A stretch of DNA of 45,030 nucleotides from Candidatus Hadarchaeales archaeon (GTDB lineage: Archaea > Hadarchaeota > Hadarchaeia > Hadarchaeales > JAWBSP01), in the NCBI GenBank assembly GCA_038842485.1, contig JAWBSP010000009.1:1-45030 (forward strand), written 5' to 3'. Below, in pieces: positions 1 to 9,385 of this stretch. Positions within the stretch are counted from its first letter, which is position 1. Every line of letters starts with the position of its first letter. The notes beneath the pieces are model-generated. The model ran no database searches. It was given only the letters and a program-made list of their open reading frames with translations, and was not told the DNA's origin. The position numbers and the translations under genes are program-made.

Positions 1-1
1 T

Positions 2-511
2 GCTGACCGCACAGTCCTCGGAGACGTTGATGGTGGTGGTGGCGGCGCGGGCGGACGGGGCGGAGAGAAGGGAGGTGTGGAAGACAAGAGGGAGGGAGAA
101 GAAAGCCACAACAGCCCTCCTAAGCCCGAGAAGGGGAAGGGAGAGGAGGAGGGAGGAGAGGAGGAGGGGCTGCCAGTAGGGTTTGAGGGGGAGGGTCGGG
201 TAAACGAGGGAGGAGTTGGATCCGTAGGGGACGAGCCCGGAGGGAACTAGGTAAAGTCTGAGGGAGAGGAGGAGAAGGAGGGTAGAGGAGAGGAGGAGGA
301 GAGCGCGCGGACCCCTACTCCTGAGCAGGAAGGGGGAGAGGGCGGCAGCAAGGAGGAAGGGGGAGAGGGCGGAGAGGAGGGGCTCGGAGACGAACCCGCC
401 GTCGGGAAGGCGGATGGGGGGATAGGGGATCAAAAAGCGGAGAAGGATGGTGAAGGAAATTAAAATTGCAAAAATTCCTGTCCAACTATAATCTTTCCCC
501 CTCCAGCCCAT
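2..511 (-). CDS. Partial (3' end outside window) membrane/surface protein of unknown function
   Basis: Manual translation from ATG at 511 is open to the window edge: MGWRGKDYSWTGIFAILISFTILLRFLIPYPP...LLSAPSARAATTTINVSEDCAVS. Several hydrophobic stretches. Not in the ORF track because no stop is in view. Confidence 0.65.
   Translation of the reverse strand, partial: MGWRGKDYSWTGIFAILISFTILLRFLIPYPPIRLPDGGFVSEPLLSALSPFLLAAALSPFLLRSRGPRALLLLSSTLLLLLSLRLYLVPSGLVPYGSNSSLVYPTLPLKPYWQPLLLSSLLLSLPLLGLRRAVVAFFSLPLVFHTSLLSAPSARAATTTINVSEDCAVS
327..372. repeat. Two exact 19-bp direct repeats AGGAAGGGGGAGAGGGCGG (327-345, 354-372), in frame within the ORF
   Basis: Seen directly; 27-bp period; encodes ALSPFLL twice on the minus strand. 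Confidence 0.8.
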
Positions 512-668
512 TTTCTTCTTACTTTTTTACTATAAAGCTGGTCCTACAAAATTTTTGCCCCTCCAGAGTGCTGGACGCTCTGTAATTTGAGGTCGCCTCC
601 GTAAGTTGCTTGGCATCTTCCAACACATGAGCCCCACAGAAAGTTTTAGCTGTTAGAGTGAATTCTCA

Positions 669-1790
669 GTGGGTGTCTACAGAAGAGTTGGGGTGGATGT
701 GAGGAAGAAAGGCGTGGAGTACTTTGCCAGGGTGTGGAGGACCGATTTCCCCCTCGCCTTCTGCCCGGTGGTTAAGGAGGGCGAATTCGGGATGGTTCTT
801 CACACGGACGGGGTGGGGAGCAAGCCGGTTCAGGCTTATCTTCAGTGGAGAGAGACGGGGGACCCCAGGTGGTTCGATCTCTCCCAAGACCTGCTGGCGA
901 TGAACCTGGACGATGCGGTCTGCGTGGGGGCGGATCGTTTCTGGTTTGTGGACTACGTTGCGCTTAACCCAAGCTTGGTGCCGAAGAGGAGGCTCCTAGT
1001 AGCACTGGCCCGCGGCTTCGAACATCAGCTGGACCTCCTGCGGAAGTTGGGCGTCTCGCTAGCGTTCCTCGGAGGGGAGACGGCCGATCTACCAGATCAG
1101 CTCAAAACCTTCGATCTGGCCGGGGCGGTTGTTGGAAGGGTCAGACTTGAAAAGATGGTGAAAGGGGAGATAAGCGGGGGGGAGGTCATCGTGGGGCTGA
1201 GAAGTGGCGGGAGGTGCAGGTACGAGCGGGTGGAGAACAGCGGGCTGATGTGCAATGGGATAACGCTGGCGAGGCACTGTCTGCTGAAACCCGAGTACGC
1301 CAGAAGGTATCCGGAAATCGGGGACGGCAGGTATTTCGGCAGGTACCAGGTGGACCAATACCTTGACATTCTCGGGATGAGCGTGGGCGAGGCCGTTCTC
1401 TCCCCCACCAGAATCTACACGCCAGTGATCCTCCGGGTTCTGGAGAGGGTTAAGGGGGTCTCGGCCTTGGTCCACAACACGGGCGGGGGTCTGACCAAGT
1501 GCCTGAGGGTGGGGAAAAACATCCTCTTTGTTAAGGATTCCCTGCCCGAACCCGATCCCATCTTCCTGCTCATACAGCGGGAGGGTAGGGTGAGCTGGAG
1601 GGAGATGTACCAAGTCTTCAACATGGGAGTGGGATTTGAGATATACGCCAAGCCCTCCGCAGCGGAGGAGGTAATCTCGGAGTGCGAGAAATTTGGGGTG
1701 GAGGCCCGCATCATCGGTAGGTGCGAGCGGTTCAGAGGCAAGGGGCTTGTGATTAGAACCAAGATGGGGAAGTTTTGCTATAAGGGATGA
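669..1790 (+). CDS. purM: Phosphoribosylformylglycinamidine cyclo-ligase (AIR synthetase)
   Basis: HTDGVGSK, AMNLDD, GGETADLP, HNTGGG, EMYQVFNMGVG motifs; first gene of the pur cluster. Confidence 0.93.
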   Translation: MGVYRRVGVDVRKKGVEYFARVWRTDFPLAFCPVVKEGEFGMVLHTDGVGSKPVQAYLQWRETGDPRWFDLSQDLLAMNLDDAVCVGADRFWFVDYVALNPSLVPKRRLLVALARGFEHQLDLLRKLGVSLAFLGGETADLPDQLKTFDLAGAVVGRVRLEKMVKGEISGGEVIVGLRSGGRCRYERVENSGLMCNGITLARHCLLKPEYARRYPEIGDGRYFGRYQVDQYLDILGMSVGEAVLSPTRIYTPVILRVLERVKGVSALVHNTGGGLTKCLRVGKNILFVKDSLPEPDPIFLLIQREGRVSWREMYQVFNMGVGFEIYAKPSAAEEVISECEKFGVEARIIGRCERFRGKGLVIRTKMGKFCYKG

Positions 1791-2035
1791 AGTACAGGGC
1801 TCGCGTTGAGGTGAGGTTGAAACGGGGGTACCTCGATCCGGAGGGGACCACCGTCAGGAAGGCGCTTAAGGATTTGGGGTACCAAGTGGGGGAGACGAGG
1901 ACGGCCAAGGTGTACGAATTTGAGATTGAGGCGACCTCACTGGATGAGGCCAAGAAGAGCGTGAGGGAAATCTGCCAGCGCCTGCTCTCCAACCCGGTGA
2001 AGGACGATTACTGGTTTGAGGTCAAGGAGCTCTGA
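1787..2035 (+). CDS. purS: FGAM synthase subunit PurS
   Basis: LKRGYLDPEG and LLSNPV motifs; 82 aa; ATGA overlap with purM. Confidence 0.96.
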   Translation: MKYRARVEVRLKRGYLDPEGTTVRKALKDLGYQVGETRTAKVYEFEIEATSLDEAKKSVREICQRLLSNPVKDDYWFEVKEL

Positions 2036-2090
2036 GTCCTTCGAGAACCTCGAGCCTCAACCTTTAAAGAAGCAACCGTAGGAATACGGC

Positions 2091-4421
2091 ATGAAAAGGT
2101 ATCCGGAGGGGGTCTGCGAAATAAATCTGCTAGGGGCTGACTGGAGGGAGCTGAAAAAACTCAGCAAGGAGCTGGGGCTCAACCTCAGCTTGGAGGAAAT
2201 GAAGGAGATCAAGGCCCACTTCAAAAAGCTCGGCAGGAACCCCACGGATGTGGAGCTCCAGACGATAGGCCAGACTTGGTCCGAGCACTGCTTTCACAAG
2301 ACGTTCAAGGGGAAAATTGAGTTCAGGGGGAAGAAGTTCAGGCTCTTCGACTTCATCAGGAACGCAACCAAGGAACTTTCCCCCGCCTGGTGCTGGTCAG
2401 TTTTCGAGGACAACGCCGGGCTGGTGGAGTTCGAGGGCAGGTACCTGATTGCGGCAAAGGTGGAAACCCACAACCATCCCTCGGCCGTCGAACCCTTTGG
2501 TGGGGCTGCCACGGGTGTGGGAGGAGTGATAAGGGATATACTGGGCGTGTGGGGCAAACCCATAGCGTGCACTGACGTGCTGGGCTTCGGACCCCCCGAT
2601 TACTCGGGCCCACTTCCGAGAGGAGTCAAGCATCCCGGGTACATTTTCAGGGGTGTGGTGGCGGGGATAGGACACTACGGTAACAACATGGGCATCCCCA
2701 CCGTTGCCGGGGCGATTTGGTTTGACGACTCCTACATTGGCAACCCCGTGGTCTACTGTGGGTGTATTGGGCTGGTGGAGAAGGATAAGTACGTGAGGGC
2801 GGCCAAGCCGGGTGACCTGCTGTTACTGGTGGGCGGCAGGACGGGGCTGGATGGGATTCACGGTGTCACTTTCGCTTCCGCTGAGCTTACCGAGGAGGCG
2901 GAGGAGTTCCGCTCAGCCGTCCAGATCCCCGACCCCATCGAGGAGGAGAGGTTGAGAAGGGCCATCCTAAGGGTGAGGGATGAGGGACTCGCCTCCGCCA
3001 TAACTGACCTCGGGGGAGGGGGTCTTTCCTGCGCAGTAGGTGAAACCGCGCACAGGTACGGGTGCGGGGCCAGGGTCCGTCTGAACAAGGTCCCCCTCAA
3101 GTACCCCGAAATGTTACCCTGGCAAATCTGGATTTCTGAGTCCCAAGAGAGGATGCTCCTGTGCGTGCCCCAGCGGAACATCAGAAGGGTGGAGGAGATT
3201 TTCGCGGCGGAGGAGGTCGAGGCAACCGTGATAGGGGAGCTGGAGAGGGGGAAGTTTCTCAGGATTCTATGGAAGGGGCGGGAAATCGGGAGGCTGGATT
3301 TGGATTTCCTCTTCTCCCCCCCTGAACTCAGAAGGAAGGCTAGCCAACCAAAGCGCAAGCTGGCGGAGCCCACCTTTCCCCAGCCCGAGGACCTAGATAA
3401 AATTCTGCTGAGGATCCTCTCCTCCCCCAACGTGTGTTCCAGAGAGTTTGCGATAAGAACCTATGACCACGAGGTACAGGGGGCAACGGTTCTGAAGCCC
3501 CTGCATGGTAAGTGGTCGGGCCCCTCCGATGCCGCAGTTCTGAAACCGCTCGAGAACTCCAACAAGGGGGTGGCGATCTCGTGTGGCTTCAACCCCAGGT
3601 ACGGGAAGATTGACCCCTACTGGATGGCCGCTCTGTGTGTGGAGGAGGCGCTGAGGAACAACGTGGCGGTGGGGGGGCAAAGGGTGGCCCTGCTGGACAA
3701 TTTTACTTGGGGCAGTCCCGAGAAACCGGAGCAGCTGTGGTCCCTTCTCAGGGCCTGTGAGGCGTGCTATAAGTTCGCGAAGGGTTTCGGTGCACCCTTT
3801 ATCTCGGGGAAGGATAGCCTCTACAACGAATCTCCACTTGGGCCCGTCACACCCACCCTGCTGATCACGGGAGTTGGGGTGGTGGAGGACATAAGGAAGG
3901 TGGTTTCCCTCGAACTGAAGCGGGAGGGGAACCCGGTCTATCTCCTGGGTTTCACCTACCCTGAGCTGGGGGGCTCGGAGTACTACGCCCTAAGGGGGGA
4001 GCTGGGCCGTGAGGTTCCCAAGGTGAGGCTAAAGGAGGCGAAGAGGATACTGGAGCTCGTCCAGCAGGCAATCTCCCAGGAGCTGGTGGTCGCATGTCAC
4101 GATCTTTCGGAGGGCGGGCTTGGCGTGGCGGCGGCGGAGATGGTTTTGAGCAGCGATCTGGGACTAGAGCTGGAACTCTCAGAAGTCAGGACGGATCTGA
4201 TCAGGAGGGAGGACTTCATCCTCTTCTCCGAGTCTGCCAGCAGGTTTTTGGTTGAGGTGAGAAAGGAGAGGGAGAATTCCTTCAGGGAACTCATCGGGGA
4301 GAGCGGTTCCAAGGTCGGGGAGGTCGTTCCAGAACCGGTCCTTTCGGTTTTCGGGCTGGAGGGGGAGGGCTTCAAGCTGGAGGCCGAGGAGCTCAGGAAG
4401 GCCTGGAGGGGAAAGTTTTGA
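2091..4421 (+). CDS. purL: FGAM synthase subunit PurL
   Basis: WSEHC, KVETHNHPSAVEPFGGAATGVGG, DLGGGG, SESQERM, ISGKDSLYNE, HDLSEGG. Confidence 0.97.
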   Translation: MKRYPEGVCEINLLGADWRELKKLSKELGLNLSLEEMKEIKAHFKKLGRNPTDVELQTIGQTWSEHCFHKTFKGKIEFRGKKFRLFDFIRNATKELSPAWCWSVFEDNAGLVEFEGRYLIAAKVETHNHPSAVEPFGGAATGVGGVIRDILGVWGKPIACTDVLGFGPPDYSGPLPRGVKHPGYIFRGVVAGIGHYGNNMGIPTVAGAIWFDDSYIGNPVVYCGCIGLVEKDKYVRAAKPGDLLLLVGGRTGLDGIHGVTFASAELTEEAEEFRSAVQIPDPIEEERLRRAILRVRDEGLASAITDLGGGGLSCAVGETAHRYGCGARVRLNKVPLKYPEMLPWQIWISESQERMLLCVPQRNIRRVEEIFAAEEVEATVIGELERGKFLRILWKGREIGRLDLDFLFSPPELRRKASQPKRKLAEPTFPQPEDLDKILLRILSSPNVCSREFAIRTYDHEVQGATVLKPLHGKWSGPSDAAVLKPLENSNKGVAISCGFNPRYGKIDPYWMAALCVEEALRNNVAVGGQRVALLDNFTWGSPEKPEQLWSLLRACEACYKFAKGFGAPFISGKDSLYNESPLGPVTPTLLITGVGVVEDIRKVVSLELKREGNPVYLLGFTYPELGGSEYYALRGELGREVPKVRLKEAKRILELVQQAISQELVVACHDLSEGGLGVAAAEMVLSSDLGLELELSEVRTDLIRREDFILFSESASRFLVEVRKERENSFRELIGESGSKVGEVVPEPVLSVFGLEGEGFKLEAEELRKAWRGKF

Positions 4422-5176
4422 GAGTTTGTGTCCTGAGGGCCGGGGGGACGAACTGTGATGCCGAGACCAAGCTCGCCTTGGAGGCCTCTGGTCTTGAGGC
4501 CGAGGTGGTGCACATCAATCTGCTGAATCCGAAACTGACCTTCGATGCGCTCGTCGTTCCGGGGGGTTTCTCGTATGGGGATCACGTGAGGGCGGGGGCA
4601 ATCTTGGCCAAGAAAGCTCAGCGGGTCCTGGAGTCTTTCGCGGAGGCGGGAAAGCCCATCTTGGGGATCTGCAACGGGTTCCAAGTTCTGGTGGAGGCCG
4701 GTCTGCTGCCTGGATTTAGTAAGGGGTCCGTGGATGCTTGTCTTGGAACCAACGACTCGGCCAGGTTTGAGTGCAGATGGGTTCACCTGAGGCACGAGGG
4801 GGGTAGGAGCATATTCACCAAGTCCATTCAGGTCGGGGCCGTGCTGCACATGCCTGTGGCACACTCTGAGGGCAAGTTCATCCTTAGAGACAGCTCCGAC
4901 TTCAGGAGGCTGGTGGAGGGCGGTCAGCTCGTCTTCAGGTACTGTGACGAAAAAGGGAGGCCGGCTGGGGGAAGGTACCCCCTCAATCCCAACGGTTCGC
5001 AGTTGGATGTGGCGGGCATCTGCGACCGCACGGGGCTAATCTTCGGTCTAATGCCACATCCTGAGCGAGCCTACTGGGGCTGGCAGCTTCCCGATTGGAC
5101 CTCCCGCAGGCGCGAGTACGGGGACGGCAAGCTGATTTTTGATGCCTTGGCGAGTTTCTTGAGGGGGAGAGTCTGA
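4418..5176 (+). CDS. purQ: FGAM synthase glutaminase subunit PurQ
   Basis: GTNCD, PGGFSYGD, GICNGFQ, AHSEG, GLMPHPER; TTG start overlapping purL stop. Confidence 0.97.
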   Translation: MRVCVLRAGGTNCDAETKLALEASGLEAEVVHINLLNPKLTFDALVVPGGFSYGDHVRAGAILAKKAQRVLESFAEAGKPILGICNGFQVLVEAGLLPGFSKGSVDACLGTNDSARFECRWVHLRHEGGRSIFTKSIQVGAVLHMPVAHSEGKFILRDSSDFRRLVEGGQLVFRYCDEKGRPAGGRYPLNPNGSQLDVAGICDRTGLIFGLMPHPERAYWGWQLPDWTSRRREYGDGKLIFDALASFLRGRV

Positions 5177-5616
5177 TGGCGAAGGTAGTGGTTCTCATGG
5201 GTTCGGAAAAGGACCGCGAATTCGCCGAGCCGGCCCTAAAGCTATTGAGAAACATGGGGGTGGAATATGAGGTCTACCAAGCCTCGGCCCACAAACAGCC
5301 GGAAAGAGTTCTGGAAATAGTAAGGAAGTATGAAAGGGAAGAGGGGATAGTCTTCCTCACCATCGCCGGCAGATCCAATGCCCTTTCTGGAATGGTGGAC
5401 GCTCAGACTAGGCACCCCGTGGTTTCCTGCCCGCACCTTGAGGGAGAGTTTGCTCCATTCGATCTTTTTTCCTCCCTTAGGATGCCGAGCTGGGTAGCCC
5501 CTCTGGTGGTGCTGGGGCCCGAGAATGCCGTCCTCGCCGCCTTGAAAATCCTAGCGCTCAAAGATCCGAGCTTGACGGAGAAAGTCGAAAAACTTCAGCG
5601 ACATAGAATCAAGTAA
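5176..5616 (+). CDS. purE: AIR carboxylase / N5-CAIR mutase
   Basis: VLMGSEKD, SAHK, IAGRSNALSG, SSLRMPS motifs. Confidence 0.93.
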   Translation: MAKVVVLMGSEKDREFAEPALKLLRNMGVEYEVYQASAHKQPERVLEIVRKYEREEGIVFLTIAGRSNALSGMVDAQTRHPVVSCPHLEGEFAPFDLFSSLRMPSWVAPLVVLGPENAVLAALKILALKDPSLTEKVEKLQRHRIK

Positions 5617-5820
5617 AACACAATGGACTGAAGGCTCAATAGAGTGAAGCGATGACTTTCTCGAACCTGCCACCATGTATCTTTCCGGTTTTCGGTTCAT
5701 TCTCCTTCTGATAAGTTTGGTTGATCAAGCTAGTGTCGGCCAAACTCCTTCAGATGATGGGTGCTCAAAGCATCGTTTCCCCATAGTTAGAGTTTGAGGG
5801 ATTGAAAGTAAAACATTAGG

Positions 5821-6060
5821 ATGAAACAAAAAGAGGTATTTGAAACGACGCTTACAGTAAAGGGCCAAGTCGTTATTGGGAGCAGGGTTAGGAAGAAGCT
5901 TGGACTTCGTCCCCGCCAGAAACTCATAGGAAAAATCGAAAAGGGTAGGATAGTGCTGGAACCGCTCGAAACACCCGAGGACCTAAGGGGAACTCTTGGG
6001 ATAGCAAGGGGAAGGAAGACGGAGGAGCTTATCACGGAAATCAAGAAAGGTTGGGGATGA
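5821..6060 (+). CDS. AbrB/MazE-type antitoxin (VapB-like)
   Basis: TLTVKGQVVI..RVRKKLGL swapped-hairpin motif; ATGA overlap with the downstream PIN gene. Confidence 0.85.
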   Translation: MKQKEVFETTLTVKGQVVIGSRVRKKLGLRPRQKLIGKIEKGRIVLEPLETPEDLRGTLGIARGRKTEELITEIKKGWG

Positions 6061-6439
6061 GCTACCTTCTGGATATGTATGCGCTCATCGAGTGGTACGA
6101 CCAGGGGAATCACGTTACCGCCCATACTTCGATCCCCGCGTGAGGAGATACCTAACGAAGCTGACCCTCTTGGAGTTTTACTACTACGTGTACCATAACA
6201 GAGGGAAGAAGTCGGCCGAGAAATACTTCTCACACCTCAAGAGACACGCTGATATTGTTGAGCTCACGGAAGAGATACTCAAAAAGAGCGCCATTTTCAG
6301 GAGCGAGATGCTGAAAAAGGGAAAGCATTTCTCTTACGCAGATTGTGTGAATTACGTTTCGGCAAAAGAGCTTGGGGCGAAGCTCCTGACAGGGGGCAAA
6401 GAGTTCAAATATTTGGAGAACGTGGAGTTCGTGAGGTAA
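6057..6439 (+). pseudogene. vapC: Frameshifted VapC/PIN toxin
   Basis: ATG 6057 reads MSYLLDMYALIEWYDQGN and then stops early. The remainder (RYRPYF..TLLEFYY..SYADC..AKLLTGGKEF) is in another frame; restoring one base near 6110 joins them. Confidence 0.8.
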
Positions 6440-6575
6440 GTCTATCTCCAATGTGTGGGATCCCATAATCCTCAGATGCCCTTACTGGAGCTTCGGAAAA
6501 CACCATGAAAGCGAGGAAGTTTTCCCAATGTGTATCGCAAGGGGCAAACCTTTTTTTACCCCTTCCAGAAAAGTG

Positions 6576-8018
6576 ATGTCTTGCCGCGAGAAGTGCGGCG
6601 TTTTTTTGGCATGTGATTTTAATGGGAATCCCATCGCGCTCAGACTTTACTGGGGACTCGTTTCCCAGAACCATCGCGGACACCATTCGTATGGTTTTTT
6701 GAGCTTTGACGGAAAGCAACTCCGGAGGCACTGCGGTCTGGGTCTGGTTCCGTCTCTCAGGCGTTTCCTCTCAGAAGGTCTCCCTGCCCAACTTGAGGGG
6801 AGCAGGGGGATTGCCCACGTGAGGTACGCCACTTCCGGGAGGGGGGAGCCGGACGTCCTGCTGCGTGAGGCCCAGCCCTTTCTGATGGGGAAGCTCGCGC
6901 TCGCCTTCAACGGGAATCTTGTCAACGTCAGTTCCCTGAAGAGCGAACTCGGAGGAGGCAGCTGCGATGTTGAGCTCATGGCTGGAAAGCTCCTGAAGGA
7001 ATTCAGGGATCTCCCCTCCGCAGTGGAGAGTTTCATGAGGTCGGCCGAGGGTGCCTATTCAGTGGTGGGGATGACCCAAGAGGGGGAGATGTTCGCCTTC
7101 AGAGACCCGCTCGGAATCAGGCCGCTTTGCTGGGGGAAGGCGAACGGGCTCTACGCGGTTTCCTCGGAGACGGTTGGGCTGGACATAAACAACATTCCCT
7201 ACGAGTCAGAGGTGGAGCCTGGAGAGCTTATACTTTGGAGGGGAGAGACCGTGGAGAGGAAGAAGGTGGCCGAATCCCGAGGGCGGGCCCTCTGCGCCTT
7301 CGAGTTCGCCTACTTCGCCAGGCCCGACTCCATTCTCAACGGTGGCAGACCGGTGTACAAGGTGAGGGAGGAATTTGGTAGAAATCTGGCGCGGGAGCAC
7401 TCCGAGATTGCCAAGAAGGCCGACGTGGTGATTTCCATACCGGAGACGGGGGACGACGCCGCCTACGGCTTCCACGAGCAGGCCGGGATTCGGTGGGAGA
7501 GGGCGGTCAGGAAGCACAGGTTCATCACCGACAGGGCCTTCATCTCCTCCTCCGCGCAAAGAGAGCTGATTCTCTCCAGAAAGATAAACGTCTCGAGGGA
7601 GATCAAGGGGAAAAAGGTCGCCGTGATAGACGACAGCATAGTGAGGGGGGATACCTCTAGGAAGATAGTGCAGCAGATAAGGGAAGCAGGGGCAACCGAG
7701 GTTTATCTTTTCGTCACCTTCCCCAAGATCATTGCACCGTGCTTCTACGGGATCGACATGGCAACCTTCGGGGAGCTCATCGCCTCGAAGCAGGGGGAGG
7801 AGGAGATCGCACGCACGGTTGGGGCGGACGCAGTCTGCTATCAGTCGCTGGAGAGTTTTGTGAGGGCCACGGGTCTGAGGAGGGAGGAGCTCTGTCTAGG
7901 CTGTCTGACCTGTCAGTATCCCACCCCTCTTGCCCAGCGGATGGCCGACCACATGAGGGAGAAGTTCTTGGCCGGGGAAAGGGAAGCCGGAAGGATTTAC
8001 GAGACCCTCAGCCTCTGA
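6576..8018 (+). CDS. purF: Amidophosphoribosyltransferase
   Basis: Short propeptide MSCREK then catalytic CGVF; QNHRG, HVRYATSG, RDPLGIRPL, CAFEFAYFARPDS, VIDDSIVRG, PCFYGID, CLGC. Start moved from 6453 to ATG 6576. Confidence 0.95.
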   Translation: MSCREKCGVFLACDFNGNPIALRLYWGLVSQNHRGHHSYGFLSFDGKQLRRHCGLGLVPSLRRFLSEGLPAQLEGSRGIAHVRYATSGRGEPDVLLREAQPFLMGKLALAFNGNLVNVSSLKSELGGGSCDVELMAGKLLKEFRDLPSAVESFMRSAEGAYSVVGMTQEGEMFAFRDPLGIRPLCWGKANGLYAVSSETVGLDINNIPYESEVEPGELILWRGETVERKKVAESRGRALCAFEFAYFARPDSILNGGRPVYKVREEFGRNLAREHSEIAKKADVVISIPETGDDAAYGFHEQAGIRWERAVRKHRFITDRAFISSSAQRELILSRKINVSREIKGKKVAVIDDSIVRGDTSRKIVQQIREAGATEVYLFVTFPKIIAPCFYGIDMATFGELIASKQGEEEIARTVGADAVCYQSLESFVRATGLRREELCLGCLTCQYPTPLAQRMADHMREKFLAGEREAGRIYETLSL

Positions 8019-9385
8019 AGCTTCAGGATGCTTCTCTGAATGTACTCGGGAAGGGCAATGTCCTCCCTGTGTCTTAACGGACCGTCTATCTTTCTGACGG
8101 CAGAGTAGGCAATTTTTCTGGCTTGGGTCAGATCCTCCCCAATCCCCACGCAGGCGACGGTTCGGGATCCCAGGGCGTAGTATTTTCCGTCCCGCACCTC
8201 CATGGAGCCGGGGTAGAGCCTCAGCCTGTCCCCGAACTCCTGCTTCAGCCTCTCCGCCTCCTCCATTCTGACCTCCGCCGGCCCGGTGTAGGTGGAGTAC
8301 CCCCCGTAGGAGAGGGGCGTGGCATACACGACCACGCTGGCAAGCTCCTGGAAGTCAAGCCTTTTCAGACCTCCCTCCAGCCACTGGAAGCAGATCTCGA
8401 CCAGATCCTGCTTCAGGAGAGGGAGCACGTTCATGACCTCCGGATCCCCCCACCTGCTGTTTATCTCCAGCACTTTCACACCCTCCTTTCCTATGATGTA
8501 GGCCATGTAGAGAACGCCCCTCACCTCAGGATTGTATTCTCTCCCCTTCAGGACCTCATGTATTCTCTCCCCTATCTCTAGGGCCTCCTCCCAGTCCCTC
8601 TGGCTCATGAAGGGAAGCAGGTTACCCCTGTCCTTGTAGGAGCCCATCCCACCAGTGTTGGGTCCGAGGTCCCAATCGAACGCCCTCTTGTAATCTCTAA
8701 CAGCTGGGGTGGGCAGAAGTCTCCTCCCGTCCGAAACGAACTGTAACGAGAACTCCTCCCCTTCGATCTTTTCCTCCACAATCACCCTCCCCTTCTGGAG
8801 GTTGGGCCAAAAGAACTGGGTGAAGGCCTCCTCCCTTGAGCTGAAGTGATCACCCCAGACCCCGACCCCCTTTCCGGTTGCGGGGGCATCCGGCTTAATG
8901 GCCACCTCTTCCCCGATTTCGTCCAGCCAGCCGTAGAACGCCTTTTTTGCCTCCTCCTCCGAGCCGAAGTCCGCGGGGTCAAAGATCCTGAACCTCGGGT
9001 TAGCCTTCGGGACGGCCCGCTCTATGAGCTTCCTCTGCTCCACCTTGCTCCGCTCGATGAAGTAGGCCTGGGTGGGGCATATCATTCTTATACCCGTTTC
9101 CCGCTCCAGCGCGTCCCTGACCCCCTCAATGCCCGGACCCTCTGGACCCAGAATCCCGAAATCGATCTCTGCTTGGTGCTTTTTGGCAAACTCCACAATT
9201 CCATCCACCCTGAGCCCGGGTATCACCGCATGGGCACCGCCCGTTTGTTCGCAGAGCCTCAGGTTGAAGGGGTTGCGCTGCTTGTCCGCTATGAAGAGCC
9301 TAACCCTCTGCTCGCTGGCGGCCAGACACTCCGCTATGCAGGCAAACCTGCTCCCGTAACTTATGCCCAAGATTCCTACTCCCAC
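7997..9385 (-). CDS. purD: Phosphoribosylamine-glycine ligase
   Basis: GKGV, VEEKIEGEEFS, DYKRAFD.D.GPNTGGMGSY, EINSRWGDPE. Confidence 0.93.
   Translation of the reverse strand: MGVGILGISYGSRFACIAECLAASEQRVRLFIADKQRNPFNLRLCEQTGGAHAVIPGLRVDGIVEFAKKHQAEIDFGILGPEGPGIEGVRDALERETGIRMICPTQAYFIERSKVEQRKLIERAVPKANPRFRIFDPADFGSEEEAKKAFYGWLDEIGEEVAIKPDAPATGKGVGVWGDHFSSREEAFTQFFWPNLQKGRVIVEEKIEGEEFSLQFVSDGRRLLPTPAVRDYKRAFDWDLGPNTGGMGSYKDRGNLLPFMSQRDWEEALEIGERIHEVLKGREYNPEVRGVLYMAYIIGKEGVKVLEINSRWGDPEVMNVLPLLKQDLVEICFQWLEGGLKRLDFQELASVVVYATPLSYGGYSTYTGPAEVRMEEAERLKQEFGDRLRLYPGSMEVRDGKYYALGSRTVACVGIGEDLTQARKIAYSAVRKIDGPLRHREDIALPEYIQRSILKLQRLRVS

Noticed and set aside
512-668. Purine riboswitch or shared pur operator upstream of purM
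   Set aside because: No recognisable aptamer and no motif shared with the purL, purF or purN upstream regions beyond TATA-like runs.
5617-5820. C/D box sRNA (GCGATGA...CTGA) in the purE-antitoxin gap
   Set aside because: C box imperfect, no convincing D'/C' boxes or terminal stem.
6453-6575. N-terminal extensions from the ORF track (purF; likewise nfi, arfC, UbiD, bud32, rps15, PRC-barrel)
   Set aside because: Family similarity starts at downstream start codons, and the extensions overlap neighbouring genes or promoters.
7997-8018. 22-bp convergent overlap of purF and purD as a regulatory system
   Set aside because: Short 3' overlaps are common in this compact window (also at 22928-22966 and 30213-30216).
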